Virus record (IMG/VR): IMGVR_UViG_3300021420_000019
Location: 1 to 64,000 of that record
Length of the DNA: 64,000 bases
Origin: a virus
Reading direction: 5' to 3' (one strand)
The notes below the pieces were generated by a model that was not told where the DNA came from, made no database searches, and saw only the letters and a list, made by a program, of their open reading frames with translations. Positions 58,704 to 64,000 of the stretch are shown here, piece after piece. Position numbers and translations under genes: made by a program. How positions within the stretch are numbered: position 1 is the stretch's first letter; each line of letters opens with the position of its first letter.

Positions 58704-58777
58704 GTCCGAGTCGGCAAATGATAAGCTAGTCGTCCGCAAAACGACAATCGCTGGTTTGATTCCAGCCTCGGACTCCA
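58704..58777 (+). tRNA. trnC: tRNA-Cys(GCA)
   Basis: GTCGT-CC-GCA-AA-ACGAC; U73; CCA. Confidence 0.85.
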
Positions 58778-58786
58778 AATTTCTAT

Positions 58787-58860
58787 TCCCTTGTCGGCTA
58801 AAGGCAGGCCACGAGTCTTTGAAACTCGTTACGGACGTTCGACCCGTCCCGAGGGAACCA
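58787..58860 (+). tRNA. trnQ: tRNA-Gln(TTG)
   Basis: CGAGT-CT-TTG-AA-ACTCG; CCA. Confidence 0.88.
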
Positions 58861-58867
58861 TTTCTAC

Positions 58868-58942
58868 TCCCGTGTCGGCTAACTGGAAGGCCAGCGCCCT
58901 CTGAAGGCGTTAATTTTCGTTCGAATCGAAACGTGGGAACCA
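58868..58942 (+). tRNA. trnQ: tRNA-Gln(CTG)
   Basis: GCGCC-CT-CTG-AA-GGCGT; CCA. Confidence 0.85.
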
Positions 58943-58946
58943 TTTC

Positions 58947-59372
58947 ATGAAGAAACTGTTACTCGCTCTCGTGTTAATTTTGGCTCTCGCGACACCAGCG
59001 CAGCCGAGGCACCACGCGAGCCAAGGTATCATCATCGAGATTCACGCGAGCACCACGTACGAGACCGGCAGGTTGAAGCGGTTATCAGATAAGCTCAACT
59101 TCGACGGACAGCATATGGTCCCTTGGTGGAGAATCGTAGTTCTGAACAAAGCCGATTGGACAGATGCTCTCATTAAGTATAACCTCGAAGGGCAAACTGA
59201 TAGCGCGTTCACCGTCCTAGGTCAGAACGTGACATTCGTGAACGAAGACTATATCGGCTTTGCCGATGACGCTAGGTTAGAACACACGCTAGCCCACGAA
59301 AGTGCTCATTTGATTTGTTCATGCACTAGTGAAGATACCGCGAATAAGATCGCGAAGATTCTAGAGAAGTAA
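58947..59372 (+). CDS. Exported HExxH metallopeptidase-like protein
   Basis: Signal peptide; LAHESAH...SE..AN. Confidence 0.7.
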   Translation: MKKLLLALVLILALATPAQPRHHASQGIIIEIHASTTYETGRLKRLSDKLNFDGQHMVPWWRIVVLNKADWTDALIKYNLEGQTDSAFTVLGQNVTFVNEDYIGFADDARLEHTLAHESAHLICSCTSEDTANKIAKILEK

Positions 59373-59449
59373 GCCGAGCAGAGGCTCCGAATTCGGAACG
59401 GTACGTTCTCGTTAGATGCTCTGTAAAGGATACGAGATCAGGTACTACA

Positions 59450-60205
59450 GTGAGAAAGTTTCTCGCATTGGCTCTATCGTTGGTCCTACTTATCTCCGGA
59501 TCAGCCGTACTCATTACGGGCGCACCAAGATCGTTTGAACCCCAGGCTCGCGCAGCCACGGGCGCTATCTTCGTTGATGCTGACCGTAGATTCGAATGTT
59601 CCGGAACTGAAATAGCTCACACGAAAGACGGTGACGGAATATTTTTGACGGCTCGTCATTGCGTTGCTTCTGTCGAAACAAACAAGATCACTCGGCGCAT
59701 GCAACTGTCCTTTTCAGACAACATGGGCGGACCTTACTACGATGCCGTACCGATTGCGATTTCAACCAGTGATGATCTAGCTCTTCTGCTTGTTAGAAAT
59801 GGTGCGAGCATTCCAGAGGTGAAGATCAAGGACGAGCGTAGGCTACGCGGCGGTGATCCGATCTTTAACGTTAGCTACCCTCTCGGAGCAGGTAAGTTAA
59901 TTTTTCATGGGGAATATTTAGCTCCCAGGTTCCCGATGTTTCCTGGCATACTTGCGGATTACCCCATGTGGCAGTTCGCGATGCCAGCAAATATTACGTG
60001 GGCTCACGGGTCCAGTGGTAGTGGGGTCTTCAGTAGCGGGCAGCGTGCTTTGATCGCGGTCTGTGTCGGAACGTTTTCTGAGGGCAGTTTCAACGTGGCA
60101 ATCCCCGCAGATAGAGTACTTGACTTTCTTGCGGATTTATCGGATAATACAGTTGAACGGTTTGCTTTGCAAAACCCTGAGAAGGAAGAAGTAGAAGTCT
60201 TTTAA
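59450..60205 (+). CDS. Exported trypsin-like serine protease
   Basis: CSG, LTARHC, DLALL, GSSGSG; N-terminal hydrophobic segment. Confidence 0.88.
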   Translation: MRKFLALALSLVLLISGSAVLITGAPRSFEPQARAATGAIFVDADRRFECSGTEIAHTKDGDGIFLTARHCVASVETNKITRRMQLSFSDNMGGPYYDAVPIAISTSDDLALLLVRNGASIPEVKIKDERRLRGGDPIFNVSYPLGAGKLIFHGEYLAPRFPMFPGILADYPMWQFAMPANITWAHGSSGSGVFSSGQRALIAVCVGTFSEGSFNVAIPADRVLDFLADLSDNTVERFALQNPEKEEVEVF

Positions 60206-60218
60206 TTTAATCAGATAC

Positions 60219-60294
60219 GTTCCGCATAATTAACGGAACCAGGCTTGGGAGAGCCCCTACTCTCCCAGGCCGACTCTTAAGGGAGAGACAAATG
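60219..60294 (+). promoter_or_regulatory. Kissing-loop leader RNA, copy D
   Basis: 12-bp stem 60242-60253/60260-60271; loop CCCCTA pairs with TAAGGG at 5/6 positions. Confidence 0.65.
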
Positions 60295-60942
60295 AAAGGA
60301 CATCTTTACAGATATCCGCATCCGTATAGTTCAGATAAGTTTATTTACGCCGGGCAGGGCGAGAAACGCGATAATGAGCATCGCGGTGGCCGAACTAGTT
60401 TCGGTCGTAGATTCGAGAAACTATTTCCCGGCATTGAATTGCCGAATCCGGTAAGAGAGACGATTGAAGTCCGAGATTATTTAGAGCTAAATGAACTAGA
60501 AATAATCTGGATGTTTCAATATCATACTTGGCGTGGATATCCTGGCGGAATGAATTTAACTTTACCCGGGTCAATCGATTATAGGAGTATGGGTTTAATC
60601 GGCGGACGTGTTCAGGGCCCTAAGAACGTAGAATCGGGGGCGCTAGCAAAAATCCAAAGTGCAGGCGGGCGTGTTAGCGGTCGAATGAATTCTGAGTCCG
60701 GACGTATTCAAGAACTCGGTCACACGCAGGGTCGTAAGAATGTTGAAAGCGGGCAACTTGCCAGTATACAAAGTATGGCCGGTCGTGCCGGTGGGCGCAT
60801 AGCTTTAGAAAGCGGACAATTTTCTGGAATCAGAAGCAGAGGTAATCATAGTCGTTGGCACATAGCCCGTGGTATTTCTAGACCGAGTGTTTGTTCGTTG
60901 TGTGCAGAAACAGAAAATTTAACGAGAACTAGCTTAACGTAG
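60292..60942 (+). CDS. GIY-YIG-like homing endonuclease with repeated (N)VESG C-terminal units
   Basis: HLY...IYAGQ..R...LNELE...GMNLT. Confidence 0.75.
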   Translation: MKGHLYRYPHPYSSDKFIYAGQGEKRDNEHRGGRTSFGRRFEKLFPGIELPNPVRETIEVRDYLELNELEIIWMFQYHTWRGYPGGMNLTLPGSIDYRSMGLIGGRVQGPKNVESGALAKIQSAGGRVSGRMNSESGRIQELGHTQGRKNVESGQLASIQSMAGRAGGRIALESGQFSGIRSRGNHSRWHIARGISRPSVCSLCAETENLTRTSLT

Positions 60943-60996
60943 AGCACGTGCTTTGGAAGCACGGGGGTGAAGTTTCGAGCACTTCGTTCTCGACCA
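60923..60996 (+). tRNA. trnP: tRNA-Pro(TGG), overlapping the end of the upstream ORF
   Basis: CGTGC-TT-TGG-AA-GCACG; CCA. Confidence 0.82.
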
Positions 60997-61004
60997 GTTT
61001 AAAA

Positions 61005-61078
61005 CGGAAATTCTGATAATGGTAGTCTCTACGTTTCGGATACGTAGGGCGGACGTTCGATTCGTCCATTTCCGACCA
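61005..61078 (+). tRNA. trnP: tRNA-Pro(CGG)
   Basis: TACGT-TT-CGG-AT-ACGTA; CCA. Confidence 0.82.
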
Positions 61079-61087
61079 CATTAAAGT

Positions 61088-61117
61088 GAGCTTCCAGAAA
61101 TGGGGGCTCTTGTATTT
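61088..61117 (+). terminator. Possible terminator after the tRNA array
   Basis: GAGCTTCC-loop-GGGGGCTC followed by TTGTATTT. Confidence 0.45.
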
Positions 61118-61128
61118 CTAGGAGTGTC

Positions 61129-62661
61129 ATGGCTACAGTAACTCAGCAGTTAGGCAGAGCAGCGGCGTATGATCTATTGGCGGCAGCGGGCATTACGAAC
61201 ACAGGTTCAAGTATTATTGCCGGGGGAAACGTAGGAAGCTTTCCCACAGCAACCTACACTCTTGATGGAATGATCTTTATTCCTCCCGCAGCATTAGATT
61301 CAGCAGACGCTCAGAACGCCCAGATCGACAACAATGCCGCCTTCCTCTTCTTCCAAGCTCTGCCTCAGACAATGGCCCTCTCAACAGCCGACATCGGCGC
61401 GACCGGCATTCAACACAGCCCCGGTGCCCCCAATGGCACCTACTATCCTGGCGTATATGTTTCCCCAAGTTCAATTGCAATTTCTACTCCAGTCACTCTA
61501 GATGCGCAGGGCAATCCTAACGCGGTGTTCGTATTTTATTCTACGGGTTCAACTATCACTCAGGCTATAGCTGGCACAATTAACTTGGTCAACGGAGCAA
61601 AGGCCGCTAACGTAGTGTGGCTCGTGGGTAGCTCTTGGACTAGTATCGGCCCCGGCGCTTTGACACAGGGCAACATTATTGCGGCCACCTCTATCACTTT
61701 AGGTGGGGGAGTACTCAATGGTAGGGCACTCGCGGGAGCGGTAAACTCCAGCGGAGCGATCACGATAGCTGCGGCAGAAAGTATCACTGCTCCGGCCAGC
61801 GTCGGTACTCCAACTACAGCGGGCGGTCAAGCTCAAGCTTTGATCGCTACACAACCTGGGGTTTCGGTTCCCACGGCTTATCCTCAAGTTACAGGCCAAG
61901 GAATTATTCCTCCTCAAGATTTGGATATGCTTCAGATCATCGGAGAGGGCGGAGATATTTTAGTATCTGTAGATTATCTTGGAACAGTTCATAACGTTAC
62001 AACTAGCCAGTCATCTACGTCTCCATTGACCTCAGTTGCGATCTCTTCGTTCCCAATTACCTCTGTCACATCAGCGGGAGTATACACCGGAACATTTCCT
62101 GCGGGCACGAATACAGTAGCCGGTCAGACTGCGGTCATCTCTGGCTTCACGAACGGCGGCAATAATGGAACGTTCACGATCACCGCATCTACAGCGACAA
62201 CTATCACCGTGACCCCGAACACGCAAGTTAACGAGAGCGCTTCGGCTCAAGCGTTAATTACGGGCTTTAGTCAAAGTACCTATAACGGAACTATCACAAA
62301 CGGCGCGGCCAGCGGGCTCGCCGGACGCTTTGTTTCGGTCACTGGCTTCACGAACTCGGGTAACAACATCTCTAACACCTTGGTTATCTCAAGCACCGCG
62401 ACAACTATCGTGACATCTTACACCGCGCAGGTCGCTGAGACACACGCGGCTACCGCCACTGTGTCTGCGTCGTTCACGCCGTCTAACGGCTGCCGATTGG
62501 GCCAGTATTTCACGAGGCTCCTACCCGGTGCAACTATCGCTCAGTTATTTACCGACGCTTTTGCTAACCCCAGTCTCTTGGACATCGTCCATGTGTATGT
62601 ACCGAATAGTGGGGCCATCGTCTACATTTTGGATCACAACGGCGTGGCTAGTGGCAGCTAA
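61129..62661 (+). CDS. DUF3494 ice-binding-like beta-solenoid fused to Thr-rich beta repeats (probable virion protein)
   Basis: LA..GITNTG, PGVY, VTLDAQGNPNAVFVF, LVNGAKAANVVW.VGSS, GNIIA..SITL, GRALA; no signal peptide. Confidence 0.85.
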   Translation: MATVTQQLGRAAAYDLLAAAGITNTGSSIIAGGNVGSFPTATYTLDGMIFIPPAALDSADAQNAQIDNNAAFLFFQALPQTMALSTADIGATGIQHSPGAPNGTYYPGVYVSPSSIAISTPVTLDAQGNPNAVFVFYSTGSTITQAIAGTINLVNGAKAANVVWLVGSSWTSIGPGALTQGNIIAATSITLGGGVLNGRALAGAVNSSGAITIAAAESITAPASVGTPTTAGGQAQALIATQPGVSVPTAYPQVTGQGIIPPQDLDMLQIIGEGGDILVSVDYLGTVHNVTTSQSSTSPLTSVAISSFPITSVTSAGVYTGTFPAGTNTVAGQTAVISGFTNGGNNGTFTITASTATTITVTPNTQVNESASAQALITGFSQSTYNGTITNGAASGLAGRFVSVTGFTNSGNNISNTLVISSTATTIVTSYTAQVAETHAATATVSASFTPSNGCRLGQYFTRLLPGATIAQLFTDAFANPSLLDIVHVYVPNSGAIVYILDHNGVASGS

Positions 62662-62696
62662 AGTTTTGTTTTAAAATCTACCAATAAGGAAATACA

Positions 62697-62864
62697 ATGA
62701 CAATCGAAATTTTGCTAGCAAGGAAACAGGAACTACAAAATCAATTAAGCCAACTGATTGCGAATTCAAACGCGATCAACGGCGCGATTCAGAACTGCGA
62801 CTGGGCAATCGAGCAGTTGAAAGCACCAGCCGCTCCCGCTACAACAGAACCAGCAGCTTCGTAA
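62697..62864 (+). CDS. Small coiled-coil protein
   Basis: 55 aa; AAGGA RBS; not in the ORF track. Confidence 0.55.
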   Translation: MTIEILLARKQELQNQLSQLIANSNAINGAIQNCDWAIEQLKAPAAPATTEPAAS

Positions 62865-62980
62865 GTAACGACTGAGGTACACCATGTGGACTAGAACATG
62901 CCCGTGGTGTAAACGTCTCTTGGAGAAAGTAAATCCGTGGGATGTTGTGAGATGTGTTTGCGGATTTATTTGGAGATAGC

Positions 62981-64000
62981 GTGACTCAGAATCAAGATCA
63001 GTACAACTCATCCGGAAATATAACTGCTGCGGGAACTGGTTGTACTCTGGTCAACACTTCAAGCTCGGTCGTTCTACCTCTAATTAACGCTCCATCTATT
63101 AGTTCTGTTGTTGTAACAGTATCGGGAACCTTCTCCGGAACCTTAAATTTCGCGGCTACGAACGCCGGACTTCCTTTCTCTAATCCCCTATCGATGACTC
63201 CAGTCGGCGGAGGAGCTGCGGTTACCAGTGCCACCGCTCCCGGCGCATGGACCGCTCAGGTGGCGGGATTAACTGTAATCGGGGTTTACGGGTCTCCGTT
63301 TGCTTCCGGTGACGCGCTAGTCACGATCACATCATCAACAGCGGTGATATCTGGCGGCGGTGGCGGAACTATATCCGGAACTATTGCCACGAATCAAGTG
63401 GCGGTTGGCTCCGGGGCGAACACAATTGCCGGGAGTAGCAATTTTACGTTCGTTAACAGCAATCAGACGTTGAATATAGGTAACAGCGCTAACCCCACCA
63501 TTACGATGGGCCCTACGGCAGCCGCAGGAAGCCCGGGGACTACGCTAACCGCAGGGTTATTTAATGCTAATATTGTTTTAAGTAGCATTGTAGGTGTCAT
63601 CCTAGCTGTGGCCTCGGGCGAAAGTGTGATGGTCAACGGACCTAGTGGCACGGATAGTTGGTCTTATAGCGGCACGACGGGCTACACTTCTTGGAACGGC
63701 GGCACTAGCGGCTCTGCTGCAATTGGCGTGGCTCTTGTAGCAGGAACCCCGAATCCGATGCTGCTGCCGACCACATCCCCCTCCTCCGTTACGCAGGTTT
63801 TGGGACTCAGTTCTATTACCGGCGGTCTTTCTCAGCTAGCGTGGGTTACGCCTAGCGGCGGCGTTTCGCTTATCGCCTCCGGCACAGCCGCAATGGGAAC
63901 AACAGGAATTTCAACACTTACTTCTGGTACGGTAACGACGGTTCCTGCCGCCGGAGTAGCAACAACTGATTCAATTGAGTGGGCATTTAACGCCGCGCCT
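62981..64000 (+). CDS. Gly/Thr/Ser-rich tail-fibre-like structural protein, 3'-truncated
   Basis: GGAG-GTG start; frame appears open to the window end; GGGGG linker and beta-rich composition. Confidence 0.7.
   Translation, partial: MTQNQDQYNSSGNITAAGTGCTLVNTSSSVVLPLINAPSISSVVVTVSGTFSGTLNFAATNAGLPFSNPLSMTPVGGGAAVTSATAPGAWTAQVAGLTVIGVYGSPFASGDALVTITSSTAVISGGGGGTISGTIATNQVAVGSGANTIAGSSNFTFVNSNQTLNIGNSANPTITMGPTAAAGSPGTTLTAGLFNANIVLSSIVGVILAVASGESVMVNGPSGTDSWSYSGTTGYTSWNGGTSGSAAIGVALVAGTPNPMLLPTTSPSSVTQVLGLSSITGGLSQLAWVTPSGGVSLIASGTAAMGTTGISTLTSGTVTTVPAAGVATTDSIEWAFNAAP

Noticed and set aside
53681-58950. ORF-track entries overlapping the tRNA array (for example 53681-53980, 56945-57358, 57827-58057, 58564-58950)
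   Set aside because: They overlap clear tRNA or RNase P sequences and are chance ORFs.
52742-61078. Suppressor tRNA, stop-codon recoding or tmRNA
   Set aside because: No CTA, TTA or TCA anticodon and no tmRNA ends were found, and conserved genes translate intact with the standard code.
1-64000. Retron, diversity-generating retroelement or group II intron
   Set aside because: No reverse transcriptase motifs were seen in any ORF.

Overview
This window is part of a bacteriophage genome with no host housekeeping context. It has three parts. (1) 1-3994 (+): the tail end of a very large multidomain protein. (2) About 4020-49375 (-): a long early/middle arm encoding a PRPP-synthetase-like plus NAMPT-like pair (NARP1-like), a tyrosine recombinase, a DNA methyltransferase, lytic enzymes, UvrD, a PD-(D/E)XK nuclease, family A DNA polymerase, class II RNR, ThyX, a primase-polymerase and nucleotide enzymes. 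(3) 50465-64000 (+), after a divergent origin-like gap: 34 tRNAs covering all 20 amino acids, homing-endonuclease-like ORFs and the start of a structural module that includes a DUF3494 ice-binding-like protein. The most notable signals are not in the ORF track. An autonomous IS1595-family element (12127-13932) shares 22-bp terminal inverted repeats with transposase-less mini-elements that each carry different small genes. The autonomous element and two mini-elements have perfect 8-bp target duplications, and four of five left ends lie exactly 11 bp upstream of a TTGACA -35 box. A kissing-loop RNA motif with covarying loops occurs four times over start codons. The tRNA array also holds a compact RNase P RNA, a circularly permuted tRNA-like (Y-RNA-like) element, two tRNAs with unexpected long variable arms, and several unexplained structured spacers. 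All calls come from reading the sequence by eye; no searches were run.
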